Source: Nannocystales bacterium | GTDB taxonomy: Bacteria > Myxococcota_A > Polyangia > Nannocystales > Nannocystaceae | NCBI GenBank assembly: GCA_050633305.1 | Contig: JBOEGF010000024.1 | Coordinates: 160,001-224,000, forward strand | Direction: 5' to 3' | DNA length: 64,000 bases | Shown: in pieces, positions 27,890 to 37,878 of the stretch | Position numbering within the stretch: position 1 is the stretch's first letter | Layout of the letters: the number at the start of each line of letters is the position of its first letter | Notes under the pieces: generated by a model | The model's input: only the letters and a program-made list of their open reading frames with translations | Told to the model about the DNA's origin: nothing | The model's database searches: none | Translations under genes and position numbers: made by a program

Positions 27890-28759
27890 TCAGCTGCTGT
27901 GCGGTTTGGGGGGCGGCAAGGCGCCCGCCGGTGTCGTCCCTGCGGGCAGAGCATCCTTGGCCATCTTCCGCTCCATGCTGCGGATCTTCGCCGTGAAGAA
28001 CGCTTCGGCCCCCGCGTACAGGCAGACGAACGTCCACACGGGGGAGAGGTGCGTGATCCAGGCCAGGCTCCACACCGCAAACACGAGCGATGCTCGGCCG
28101 ACGTCGCCGTTGAGCAGCTGGCCCGTTCCCGGCAGAAACAAGCTGAGCAGCCCAGCCGTGACCGGAAGCCTTGGCTCCTCGGGGTCTTCGTCGTACAGCG
28201 CGAGGGCGTCTTCCTCGTCCTCGACCGGAACGAGCATCGCCTGCTCGCCCAGCTCGAGGGCGGCCTCGCGGAACATGGACTCCAGGCGTTGTTTCTCCGC
28301 GTGTGGAACCCGGAATCGGCGCGAGGTGTCTCCGCGTTCGATGAGCTCGCCCGACTGAACGAGCGCGGCCACCACGGCCTCGATGTCAGGCTTGGGCGCC
28401 TCGAGGGTGCGCGCTGCCGACTCGATGGTGACCCACTGGACACGAGGGTCGGCAAACAAGCTCAGCAGGCGCGAGCGCAGGTTGGTGCCAGAAGGGGCCG
28501 ATGGAAGCGGAGCCGTGGGCCGCTCGGTGTGGTCCCAACCGCTGCCGAAGCTGTCACCGCTTGGCGGAAGGGCACGCGGGCCCCGGTCGGGTGGGTGGTC
28601 GGGCTGGCGGTAGGCCTGACTGCGGGCCTGATTGCGGGCCTCGCTGTTGCCTTGGCCACGGGCTCGGAGATCGGAGGGCGTGAGCGGTCGCGAAGTGCCG
28701 AGGCGGCCGCGTCGAAATCGACCCAGCATGCGTCGGCCGCGATTGGCTCTCGAACTCAC
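27890..28759 (-). CDS. Hypothetical membrane protein
   Basis: HTH-like middle part, LSLFLPGTGQL TM motif. Confidence 0.55.
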   Translation of the reverse strand: MSSRANRGRRMLGRFRRGRLGTSRPLTPSDLRARGQGNSEARNQARSQAYRQPDHPPDRGPRALPPSGDSFGSGWDHTERPTAPLPSAPSGTNLRSRLLSLFADPRVQWVTIESAARTLEAPKPDIEAVVAALVQSGELIERGDTSRRFRVPHAEKQRLESMFREAALELGEQAMLVPVEDEEDALALYDEDPEEPRLPVTAGLLSLFLPGTGQLLNGDVGRASLVFAVWSLAWITHLSPVWTFVCLYAGAEAFFTAKIRSMERKMAKDALPAGTTPAGALPPPKPHSS

Positions 28760-28882
28760 CCTTCATTCGTAGCGCAGCGGGCACACCGGGTCCACCCTTG
28801 CGCGGTCCTCGGACGCCCGCAAAGACGCAGCCGGCCCGATACGCCCTCCCCGGTCGGGCGGGTCGGGCGCAGTCTTTTCGTG

Positions 28883-29731
28883 TCAGACCGAAACGTCGAA
28901 CGTGCGCAGCGCCTCGTTGAGGCTGGTGCGCGTGTCCGTCGAGGCTTTCCGGTGCCCGATGATGAGCGCGCACGAGAGCTGGTATTCGCCGGCCGGGAAC
29001 TTCTTTGCCCGAGTGCCGGGCACCACGACGCTGCGCGCAGGGACTCGTCCCTTGAGCGTGACGGGCTCGGGCCCCGTCACGTCGATGATGGGAGTGGACG
29101 CGGTGATCACTACGTTGGCGCCCAAGACGGCCTCTTTTTCCAAGTGCACGCCCTCGACCACGATCGCACGCGACCCGACAAAACAGCCATCTTCGATGAT
29201 GACCGGGGCAGCTCCGGGCGGCTCGAGAACTCCGCCGATCCCTACGCCGCCCGAGAGGTGAACGTTGCGTCCGATCTGAGCACAGCTGCCGACGGTGGCC
29301 CAAGTGTCGACCATCGTGCCCGAGCCAACCCAAGCCCCGATGTTCACGTAGCTCGGCATGAGGATCGCGCCACGCTCGATGAAGCTGCCGAAGCGTGCCG
29401 TCGCCGGAGGCACGACGCGGACGCCCGCAGCTTCCCAGTCGCGCTTGAGGGGGATCTTGTCGAAGTACTGATACGGGCCGACTTCTTCGACGCGCATCTC
29501 CTGGACGACGAAGTAGAGCACGATCGCTTGCTTGACCCAGCTGTTCACCGTCCAAGGTTGGTCATCGGATCCCGGAGGGTTCGCGACCCGGAGCGTGCCG
29601 TCATCGACCAGGGCCACGGTGTGGCGGACTGCTGTGCGGTGCTCGGCATCCTCGAGGAGCGTTCGGTTTTCCCAGGCTGCCTCCACGCGGCTACGGAGTT
29701 GGGCCTGGTCGGCGTCACGGTGGGTGCTCAT
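28883..29731 (-). CDS. dapD: 2,3,4,5-tetrahydropyridine-2,6-dicarboxylate N-succinyltransferase
   Basis: DKIPLK, RVVPPA, MPSYVNIGA, DTWATVGSCAQIG, HLSGGVGIGGVLEP. Confidence 0.96.
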   Translation of the reverse strand: MSTHRDADQAQLRSRVEAAWENRTLLEDAEHRTAVRHTVALVDDGTLRVANPPGSDDQPWTVNSWVKQAIVLYFVVQEMRVEEVGPYQYFDKIPLKRDWEAAGVRVVPPATARFGSFIERGAILMPSYVNIGAWVGSGTMVDTWATVGSCAQIGRNVHLSGGVGIGGVLEPPGAAPVIIEDGCFVGSRAIVVEGVHLEKEAVLGANVVITASTPIIDVTGPEPVTLKGRVPARSVVVPGTRAKKFPAGEYQLSCALIIGHRKASTDTRTSLNEALRTFDVSV

Positions 29732-29777
29732 GCGCACTCCATCCCACACGCACGCGCGCTGGACAAGGGGGCGGGGG

Positions 29778-30494
29778 TCAGGCGGCCTGGGCTGGGGCTG
29801 GCGCCTGGTCGAGGCGTGCTCCCATTTGAACCGTGGCGTGGGTGAACACCACCTCGATCGTGCCGCGCGCGCCCAGAACGTCCGGCGTCATCGGCTCCCC
29901 ATCGGCGAGCAGACGCAGCCCCTCGCGGACGGCGTCCTCGGTGGCGGATGAGAACACCGTCGGCGGCTCGAGGCCAAACCCGCGGCTCCAGTGACGCTTC
30001 CAATGTGGGGGAACGTGGGTCCCGAGCAGGCGGAGCATCGTCTCGTCGGGGACCGGCCACGTTGCGTCCAAGCCGAGGCTGGTCTGGAGGGCAGCGGCGT
30101 AGAGGTCGGCGGACGCCGAATCGATCCGACCCACGGGGCCCAGCAGGACCAGGGCCTGCTCGGGCGCGATCCGGGGTAGGGCACGCACCGACTCCGCCGC
30201 TTGCGGCGGCCGGGAGGCGAAGCTACCGAACGAGGCGGGCCACGAGACGCGGGTGCTGCCGAGGCTGCGACACAGCTCGGCTTCGAACTGCTCATACAGC
30301 TCGCGTGCTTCGGGGCTTCGCGCGGCAGCGCGCATCTTCATCAACCCGGTGAGACAGCGAGGAGCATCCGAGAGTGCCTCGAAGAGTGCGGGCCACTCCG
30401 GGGTGCGTCGAACCCATTGGGCCCGGATCCCAGACGCGACCGCTCGAAACACCGCTTCAGCACCACCGACCACCGTCCTCACATCGGTTTTCAC
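29778..30494 (-). CDS. Hypothetical protein
   Basis: Long ORF co-oriented with dapD; start guessed. Confidence 0.5.
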   Translation of the reverse strand: MKTDVRTVVGGAEAVFRAVASGIRAQWVRRTPEWPALFEALSDAPRCLTGLMKMRAAARSPEARELYEQFEAELCRSLGSTRVSWPASFGSFASRPPQAAESVRALPRIAPEQALVLLGPVGRIDSASADLYAAALQTSLGLDATWPVPDETMLRLLGTHVPPHWKRHWSRGFGLEPPTVFSSATEDAVREGLRLLADGEPMTPDVLGARGTIEVVFTHATVQMGARLDQAPAPAQAA

Positions 30495-30677
30495 ATCGGT
30501 CCCTTGAGTTCTGGCCGCGCGCGCCGATGGACCACTGCGGGACACAAATGTGGCCGAGAAGTCGGCTTTGGGACCGGTTTGAGATGCGCAGCACCGAAAA
30601 GTCGACAGAAAACGACGCGAGGGGTTGCGCGGCGAACTCACCCTCACAATAGAACCCATTGAGCGAGGACAATCCCA

Positions 30678-31550
30678 ATGCAGGCCGCCGATCTTGCCCA
30701 GTCATTCCCAGAATCTATTGCCGAGAGTCGCCTAAAAAGCGCTCCACCCACCTTTAGGGGCCATTCCCCCGCCGCACGCCGCGTACAGTCGATGATTCAT
30801 CGCGCCGTTCGGACCAACCTTCCAGTGCTGCTGGTCGGAGCCAAAGGGTCGGGAAAGGAGAGCATTGCTCGCATCCTTCACCACTTCGGTGGCGGAGAGG
30901 TCCCCAACGTGGAGGTCGTCAATGCGAAAGAGCAAGGCCGGTTGGTCAGCCTCGGGGCTTTCACCTACCTCAGCAACCTCGAGGACCTCAGCCTCGAAGA
31001 GCAAGCGCGCATTCCCGCCCTCACCGGCCTGGGCCGCGTGGTCATCGGGACCGAGTTGAAGCCAGAGAGCGAAGCTGGACGCCAGCGACTGCACCCTCAG
31101 ATCGTTCGTTGGGCCTGCGGGGTCCGCATCGATGTTCCCACGCTCGCGGAGCGTATCGAGGACCTGGAGATGATCTCGATGGACATCATCTCCAAGACGG
31201 CCACCCGTCGTCCCATCGGCGGCATCGCCGACAACGCGCTGGATTGTCTGCGGTCGTACCGCTGGCCCGGCAACATGGATGAGCTCGAGGACGTCATCCG
31301 CCAGGCGGTCACCGCCGGCGCGACCGAGCAGATCGAACTCCGGGACCTCCCGGCCAAGCTGCGGGTCCGCGACGTGCACTACGCCCGCACCGAGTCGCCC
31401 GAGCGTCAGCTGTGTCTCGAAGAAGCCGAGAAACAAGCGATTCGCCGCGCCCTGAACTACGCCCGAGGCAACAAGCGGAAAGCCGCGCGTCTGCTCCACA
31501 TCGGCAAGACCACCCTTTACCGCAAGCTGAAGCAGTACGACCTCGAGTAG
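30678..31550 (+). CDS. Degenerate sigma54-activator-like AAA+ protein with Fis-type HTH
   Basis: GAKGSGKE, YRWPGN..EL, GNKRKAARLLHIGKTTLYRKL; no GAFTGA loop and no intact Walker B. Confidence 0.82.
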   Translation: MQAADLAQSFPESIAESRLKSAPPTFRGHSPAARRVQSMIHRAVRTNLPVLLVGAKGSGKESIARILHHFGGGEVPNVEVVNAKEQGRLVSLGAFTYLSNLEDLSLEEQARIPALTGLGRVVIGTELKPESEAGRQRLHPQIVRWACGVRIDVPTLAERIEDLEMISMDIISKTATRRPIGGIADNALDCLRSYRWPGNMDELEDVIRQAVTAGATEQIELRDLPAKLRVRDVHYARTESPERQLCLEEAEKQAIRRALNYARGNKRKAARLLHIGKTTLYRKLKQYDLE

Positions 31551-31852
31551 GACCGAGTCATCCTTCGCTGCGTTGCGCCTTCGAGTCCGCGTTCTGTGCG
31601 GTCGCTCGAGGGCGCTCTGTGTTTGAGGCCTCACCCTGCTAGACATCGAACTCGCCTGAGACCGGCGGCGGGCCGGGCACCAAGTCCATGACCTTTCGAA
31701 GGTTGACCAGGGTCCGAAGTCGAGCGCTCAGCCGGGCGAGCCGCTCTTCGTCCTCCACCGTGAGCTCATCGCCATCCGGTAGAGCATCGGCAACAGTCGT
31801 GTCGAGCACGCTGGTGGGTCGATGCACGCTTGAGTAGTTCGTTGGGGGGGCC

Positions 31853-34441
31853 TTGGGGTTCCCGCGAGGAGCTGGTGGGGTTGCAGTGGTGGTGCAACGG
31901 GACAACGCAACCGAACCGCGGACCCTGCCCACTCGGGAACTTCGGCGCACCGGTGGAGTCTTGTGCGCGGTGACCCGGTCCTGCTTTGCATGCCTCGCTG
32001 TCCTGCTGGCTCTAGCTCCGAGCGAGAGCCGGGCCGATGAACTCACCACGGCGAGACAGCAAGACCTGGTGGAGATCTCGCACCAGGTGCAAGTTTCGAT
32101 CGACAGTGGCGTGGCGTCGTACCGCGTCCGCCGGACGTTCTCCAACCACGGGGAACGCGCTGAGGAGGTCCGGCTCTTCCTCGATCTGCCCGTCGGGGCG
32201 GCGGCGACAGGCCTGAGGATTCGCGCTCGGCAGCGCTGGTATTCGGGAGACCTGCTCGAGGCGGAGGACGCGGCCACGCGGTACCAGGAGCTGACGAGTA
32301 TGGGCGCGTGGCAGCCGAAGGATCCGGCCCTCTTGTCGTGGGAGTGGGCGGACCGCCTTGCGCTGCGAGTCTTCCCGGTCCTCGCAGGAGCCACCAGCAC
32401 CGTCGAGTACACGCTGACGGCGCCGGTCCAATATCGCGACGGCAAGTACCTGCTGTCCTATCCACATGCGGGCGACGACGGTGATCCGACCACGCAGTCG
32501 CTGGCCCAACCGGTCGTGACGGTCGACCCGGGGCACGGCGATTGGCGGGTTGGTGTGTGGGTGGACGGGCGACGGGTCGCGCCGCGGACCCCGGTCGTGT
32601 TGCGGCCCCAGCCCGAAGCTCCATGGGTGGGCGACGGAGAGCGTCCGTTCGGGCACAGCGCGGTCTTCAGCCAGGTCGAGAGCAAACACGAAGGCGAGGT
32701 CCGCTGGGCCCGCGTCCACGTGGAGGTCGACCACACCTATCGCAGCGATCTGCAACTCGCGCTCGTCGACCCGCAGGGAGAGCACCACGACATCGAGACG
32801 CCTTCGGGCTCGGACAACGACATCCGCGGGACGTTCGTGCTCGGGGTTCCGACCCAGCCCGCCCAAGGAACATGGCATCTGCTGGTGTCCGACACAGCGG
32901 GGTTGGATGTCGGCAGCCTCGAGTCGTGGGAGGTCACATTCAGCAACGACGAGACGCCTGCCGAGGACTGGAAGGTGGGCCGTGGGGGCGCAAACACGTG
33001 GGTCTCCGGCGATGTCCCCCGTCACATCCCGGATGCGCCGGAGCATGAGGGGGACGGCGGGGTCGCTCTCATCGAAGTGATTGCGCCTTCGATCCGCACC
33101 ACGGCGTCGCGGTTGGGGCGTGTCGTCGCGTCGGACAAGATCGAGTACTCCCGTCTGGCGCTCGAGGTGGCTCCCGAGCTCCGCAAACTGCCCAAACGGG
33201 CGTCCGTCGTCTTTGTCGTCGATGCTTCCCGCTCGCGTGACGGGCTCCAGCCGGACCTGGCCACGATCGCGGCGTACCTCTCTCATATCCCCGACGCCAC
33301 GGTGGAGGTGGTCGTGGTTCGACGCGATGCCACCCGGGTGTTCGGCGCGTTTGTCTCGGCGAGTGCGGTGGAAGAGCGGCTCGCCACAGCGCAGGAGTCG
33401 GGCGCCCTGAGCCTCGGCAACGGGAGCGCCCTCGAAGAGGGACTGCGGCTGGCCGCAAGAACGCTGGACGAGCAACGGCACCGGGGAGCGGGACCCGATC
33501 GCATCGTCGTGCTCACCGACCGTCGGCTCCGTTCGAGGTTCAACAACCCCATGGCGTTTCGGGCGCTGGGGAAAGCGCCCGATGGGACGGTCGCGCACAT
33601 CGTGACGCCGCTGTCCTCGGGGGTCGCGGAGGTCTCACGCCACGATGGCTGGCCGCTGGCTCGCGTCGCTGAGCGCACCGGCGGCGTGGCGTTTGAAGTG
33701 CATGGGACCGACGAGCCGCTCAAGGCCTTGGCGACGCCAGTCCTCGCCCTGGTCCGCCCCGTCAGCATCGACGGCGTGACGATGTCCGCTACAGGGGTCG
33801 GCGCCGATGTTCTTCCCGGGCCGCCGCAGAGACTGCTCGAGGGCCAAGCGTTCGGATTCATGGAGCAGGTGGCCCACGCGCCCCGCCGCGTGGTCTTCCG
33901 CGGTCGGATCTGGTCCAAGCCGTGGACGCATGTCGTCAAGACCTCGCCGGAGTTCGACCGGGCGACCGCGGCGTTTGTCTTCTCGGAGGATGAGTATCGG
34001 AGGCTGTCAGACAGCGAGCAGTTGAAGGTGGCGAGGTTTGGTCGTGTGGTGTCTCCGGTGACCTCGTACCTGGCGATCGAACCTGGTGTGCGCCCATCGA
34101 CGGAGGGATTCGGCCGTGGCAGCGGCGCGGGGTTTGGAGGCCGAGGGCATCGCACAGCGTCGGTACGGGCTGCTCGCGCCGGCGTATCCCCCCCGCCGTT
34201 GCCGAGCATCGCCAGCTTGATGACCGAAGGCGTCAGACGGTGTGCTGAGCGCCACCGCCCGGCGGCGGGCTGGAGTGTCGAGTTGGATGTGGAGACGACA
34301 GGGGTTGAGATCGTCGACGTGATCCCCGGGGGCAAGGTGTCGGCGCTGCGTTCGTGCCTGACGGAAGAGGTCTGGAAACTCGAGTTGCCGGGCGAGTTCG
34401 TGCGAGACGCACGCGAGCTTCGGCATGTCGTACTGGGGTAG
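31853..34441 (+). CDS. Secreted VIT-domain protein with proprotein-convertase P domain and vWA domain
   Basis: VIT-like N-terminus, HTYRSDL...GTWHL.VSD...DVGSLESW, VFVVDASRS, VSPVTSYLA; true start probably about 31960. Confidence 0.75.
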   Translation: MGFPRGAGGVAVVVQRDNATEPRTLPTRELRRTGGVLCAVTRSCFACLAVLLALAPSESRADELTTARQQDLVEISHQVQVSIDSGVASYRVRRTFSNHGERAEEVRLFLDLPVGAAATGLRIRARQRWYSGDLLEAEDAATRYQELTSMGAWQPKDPALLSWEWADRLALRVFPVLAGATSTVEYTLTAPVQYRDGKYLLSYPHAGDDGDPTTQSLAQPVVTVDPGHGDWRVGVWVDGRRVAPRTPVVLRPQPEAPWVGDGERPFGHSAVFSQVESKHEGEVRWARVHVEVDHTYRSDLQLALVDPQGEHHDIETPSGSDNDIRGTFVLGVPTQPAQGTWHLLVSDTAGLDVGSLESWEVTFSNDETPAEDWKVGRGGANTWVSGDVPRHIPDAPEHEGDGGVALIEVIAPSIRTTASRLGRVVASDKIEYSRLALEVAPELRKLPKRASVVFVVDASRSRDGLQPDLATIAAYLSHIPDATVEVVVVRRDATRVFGAFVSASAVEERLATAQESGALSLGNGSALEEGLRLAARTLDEQRHRGAGPDRIVVLTDRRLRSRFNNPMAFRALGKAPDGTVAHIVTPLSSGVAEVSRHDGWPLARVAERTGGVAFEVHGTDEPLKALATPVLALVRPVSIDGVTMSATGVGADVLPGPPQRLLEGQAFGFMEQVAHAPRRVVFRGRIWSKPWTHVVKTSPEFDRATAAFVFSEDEYRRLSDSEQLKVARFGRVVSPVTSYLAIEPGVRPSTEGFGRGSGAGFGGRGHRTASVRAARAGVSPPPLPSIASLMTEGVRRCAERHRPAAGWSVELDVETTGVEIVDVIPGGKVSALRSCLTEEVWKLELPGEFVRDARELRHVVLG

Positions 34442-35906
34442 CGGCCGGGGTGGCAGAGGCGTTGATGATACGTTTCGGCGGTTGGCGCACGAAGACTCCA
34501 CCGTTCACGCGTTCTGCGATGACGTCCTCGGCGACCTGGATGGGGTCGCCTTGGCGGAGTTGATCGCACGCAAAGAGCTGTCAGCCCAGGAGGTTGTCGA
34601 GGCATCCATCGCCCGCGCCAGACGGGTCAACCCCCGGCTCAACGCGATCGAGTCCGAACGCTTTGAGCACGCGGAGACCGGGACCCAGCACCCCGGGAGC
34701 GGCTTCTTCGCCGGGATCCCCACGTTCATCAAGGACAACGCGGATGTCCGCGGGTTGCCGACCAACCACGGCTCGGGGGCATTGCAGTCCTCTGCCGCCG
34801 GGGAGACGGACCCCTACGTGCGGCAGTACCTGGACCAAGGGTTCGTGTGCTTGGGCAAGAGTGCGCTGTCCGAGTTTGGGCTCAATGCGTCGAATGAGCC
34901 GGTGGGCCGTGAGCCGACCCGCAACCCCTGGAACCTCGCACACACGACCGGAGCATCCTCGAGCGGTTCGGCGGCCCTGGTTGCAGCGGGCGTCGTCCCG
35001 CTTGCGCACGCCAACGACGGTGGTGGATCGATCCGCATCCCCGCCGCATGTTGCGGGCTCGTTGGGCTCAAGCCGACCCGTGGCCGTCATGTGGTCTCCA
35101 ACATGGCGCGTTCTTTGCCCCTGAACCTCATCAGTCAGGGGGTCGTCACCCGGAGCGTCCGCGACACGGCCTACTTCCACGCCGAGGCCGAGGCGACCTA
35201 CCGCAATCGGTCGCTGCCCCCGATCGGGTTGGTCGACCGGCCCGGTCGGCGCAGGCTTCGGATCGGGTTCGCGGTGGACTCCGTCACGGGGTTGTCGACC
35301 GATGACGACACCCGCTGCGCGGTGGAGGAGGCGGCGGACTTGCTGCGCTCTTTGGGCCACGAGGTCCGTCCTGCGCCTCTGCCAGCTCCCAAGCACTTCG
35401 CTGACGACTTCTTGCTGTACTGGCAAGCGCTCGCGTTCGCGATATCGATGGGCGGCAAGAAGATGTTCGGCTCCAGTTTCGATCGCTCGAAGCTCGAGGG
35501 CCTGACCCGGGGGCTGGGAGACAAGTTTGCGCGCCGCTTCTATCGACTGCCTTTCGCGCTGCGGCGGTTGAGAAAATCGCAGGCCAGCTACGCGCGGTTC
35601 TTCTCGGACTACGACGCCTTCTTGTGTCCGGTGTTGGCCTCGACACCTCCGAGAATCGGTCACCTCAGTCCTGCTCTCCCATACGAGCAGTTGATGGAGC
35701 GGCTTCTGGGCTTCGCATCGTTCACCCCGTTGGCGAACGCCACCGGGGCGCCCGCGATTTCGGTGCCGTGGTCGTCGACACGCGAGGGCGTGCCGATTGC
35801 CGTGCATTTGTCTGCAGCTCACGGAGACGAGCGGACCTTGCTGGAGTTGGCGTACGAGATTGAGGATGCGCATCCGTGGCCGACGATGGGGTCGTCGCGG
35901 GCGTAG
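34425..35906 (+). CDS. Amidase-signature family protein
   Basis: IKDN, GASSSGSAA, NDGGGSIRIPAACCG; start may be slightly downstream. Confidence 0.92.
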   Translation: MSYWGSGRGGRGVDDTFRRLAHEDSTVHAFCDDVLGDLDGVALAELIARKELSAQEVVEASIARARRVNPRLNAIESERFEHAETGTQHPGSGFFAGIPTFIKDNADVRGLPTNHGSGALQSSAAGETDPYVRQYLDQGFVCLGKSALSEFGLNASNEPVGREPTRNPWNLAHTTGASSSGSAALVAAGVVPLAHANDGGGSIRIPAACCGLVGLKPTRGRHVVSNMARSLPLNLISQGVVTRSVRDTAYFHAEAEATYRNRSLPPIGLVDRPGRRRLRIGFAVDSVTGLSTDDDTRCAVEEAADLLRSLGHEVRPAPLPAPKHFADDFLLYWQALAFAISMGGKKMFGSSFDRSKLEGLTRGLGDKFARRFYRLPFALRRLRKSQASYARFFSDYDAFLCPVLASTPPRIGHLSPALPYEQLMERLLGFASFTPLANATGAPAISVPWSSTREGVPIAVHLSAAHGDERTLLELAYEIEDAHPWPTMGSSRA

Positions 35907-35991
35907 TCCGTTGACCGGACGCCGGGTCGGAGTGGTTGTTTTATTAGTTTTTGTTTGACCTGCGGAGGAGTGCTTTCGTAGCATTCCTGTC

Positions 35992-36954
35992 GTGGAGGTC
36001 CGGCTCAGCGGGAATGCACGACGGCGTCGGCTGTGGCTCGTATTCGCTTCGGGGTGGGTGATCAGTTGCGGCGGTGCGCCTATCTCGGCCGGGGACGGAA
36101 CGGCCAGCTCGACTTCCCACGCAGGAACCACGACGTCGACAAGCCAGGGCTCGGGGCCAACTCTAGACTCGTCGTCAGGCTCGGCGGTCACCACGACCGG
36201 GGAGGTCGCGGCCACGGGAACGGGTTCCACGTCGAGTCCAGGGCTTCCGCCCGGAGTTCCCCCGGGCTACTTGGTGGAGCCCGACGTCTACATCGGCTAC
36301 GGATGCAGCCTCTGGGATCAGAACTGCCCTCCCGGCGAAAAATGCGCTCCCTGGGCCGACGATGGTGGCAACTCTTGGAACGGATTTCGCTGCGTCCCGG
36401 TGGCCCCCGATCCCGGTGCGCCTGGCGATGCCTGCACCGTGCAGGAGAGCGGCGTGAGCGGGCTCGACGACTGCGACGCCCATTCGATGTGCTTCGACGT
36501 CGACGAGAATCTGCAGGGGGAGTGTCATGCCTACTGTGTTGGCTCGGAGAACAACCCGCTGTGCACCCAGCCCGACCACGCCTGTGCGATCAGTGGCGAC
36601 GGGGTGCTGACACTGTGCATGCCGCTTTGCGACCCGTTGATGAGTGATTGCGGCCCGTCGGAGACGTGTGTTCCGATGCATGTCGGATTCGTCTGCGCGC
36701 CCGATGCCTCGGGGCCAGACGATGGAGCTGCGGGAGACTCCTGCGAGTTTGTCAATGCCTGTGACCCGGGGTTCGTGTGCGCCAATCCGACCGCGGTCGG
36801 CACGTGTGCACCCGGGAGTTCGGGGTGCTGTACCGCGGTCTGTGATGTCACGAACGACGACTGCGCGAAGCCACAGGTTTGTGAGCCTTGGTTTGAGCTT
36901 GGCACCGCACCGTACGGACAGGAAAACGTCGGTGTTTGTCTGGAGGCGACATGA
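35992..36954 (+). CDS. Cys-rich myxobacterial lipoprotein
   Basis: VISC lipobox-like motif, QNCPPGEKC.PWA.DGG.SWN, many Cys. Confidence 0.75.
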   Translation: MEVRLSGNARRRRLWLVFASGWVISCGGAPISAGDGTASSTSHAGTTTSTSQGSGPTLDSSSGSAVTTTGEVAATGTGSTSSPGLPPGVPPGYLVEPDVYIGYGCSLWDQNCPPGEKCAPWADDGGNSWNGFRCVPVAPDPGAPGDACTVQESGVSGLDDCDAHSMCFDVDENLQGECHAYCVGSENNPLCTQPDHACAISGDGVLTLCMPLCDPLMSDCGPSETCVPMHVGFVCAPDASGPDDGAAGDSCEFVNACDPGFVCANPTAVGTCAPGSSGCCTAVCDVTNDDCAKPQVCEPWFELGTAPYGQENVGVCLEAT

Positions 36955-37796
36955 CGAAGGGTCCCAACGCTCTTTTCTGCTCTGTGCTCGGGCTTTCGGC
37001 GTGTGTCAGTCCTGCGGTGGAGGTCGGGACCGGCGAGGGGTCCACGAGCACCGCACCCGATCCGACTTCAACCTCTGCGACGTCCAGCTCGTCAGGACTC
37101 GCGCCCGCCGAAGGCTCCACCAGCACGACGACACAGCATGACGAGAGCGGCTCGTCGTCCTCGGGAGAGGTGGTGCACGGACCTGGTTGCGAACCGCCAC
37201 CCCCGTGCGACCGCGGGGTGTACGAGGGAGCGGTTCGGATCGAGTCCTCGGACCAGATCGCCGAGTTCGCCGGGTACACCGCGTTCAGTCAAGGGCTGGA
37301 GGTGCTGGGGACCGACTTGGAGTGTCTCGACTTCCTGGGATGCCTCGAGGAGGTGGAACAGGAAATTCGAATCTTCGGTAACCCCGTACTTCGCTCCACC
37401 GAGGGGCTGTCGGCCGTCGAGCGAGTCGGGGGGTCTGGGGAGCCCGCGCCATGGTGGCCAGTGGGCAGCATCGTTGTTGGCGAGAATCCTGGACTCGAGA
37501 CGCTCGGCGGATTCACGCGAATCGAGAGGATCGAGGCGGCGCTCGTGGTGGACAACAACGCGTCGCTCCAATCCATCACGGGCTTCACGAACGTCCAGGT
37601 CGTCACGGAGTTGGTGGTCCGCTTCAACCCCGCGCTCGACTCGCTGCAGGGGCTTCACGACCTCCTCGCCATCGGAGGCGAGTGCCAGATCACCAACAAC
37701 GCCGGGTTGTGTGTCTCGGAGGCGTTCGAGGTCTGCGGTGACCTGAAGCAAGGGCCCTTCGGCGGGAACACGCAGAACAACATCGACGACTGCTGA
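36951..37796 (+). CDS. Lipoprotein with receptor L-domain/LRR-like repeats
   Basis: LSAC lipobox; repeated I..N..L.SL.GL motif; GGAGG upstream. Confidence 0.75.
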   Translation: MTKGPNALFCSVLGLSACVSPAVEVGTGEGSTSTAPDPTSTSATSSSSGLAPAEGSTSTTTQHDESGSSSSGEVVHGPGCEPPPPCDRGVYEGAVRIESSDQIAEFAGYTAFSQGLEVLGTDLECLDFLGCLEEVEQEIRIFGNPVLRSTEGLSAVERVGGSGEPAPWWPVGSIVVGENPGLETLGGFTRIERIEAALVVDNNASLQSITGFTNVQVVTELVVRFNPALDSLQGLHDLLAIGGECQITNNAGLCVSEAFEVCGDLKQGPFGGNTQNNIDDC

Positions 37797-37878
37797 GCTG
37801 CGTGCCGGCGATGGCCGGGTCGAGGAGGTTTGACCCTTGCTCGCCCCGCCGTCCGTCCATCATTCGGAGACTCGGTGG

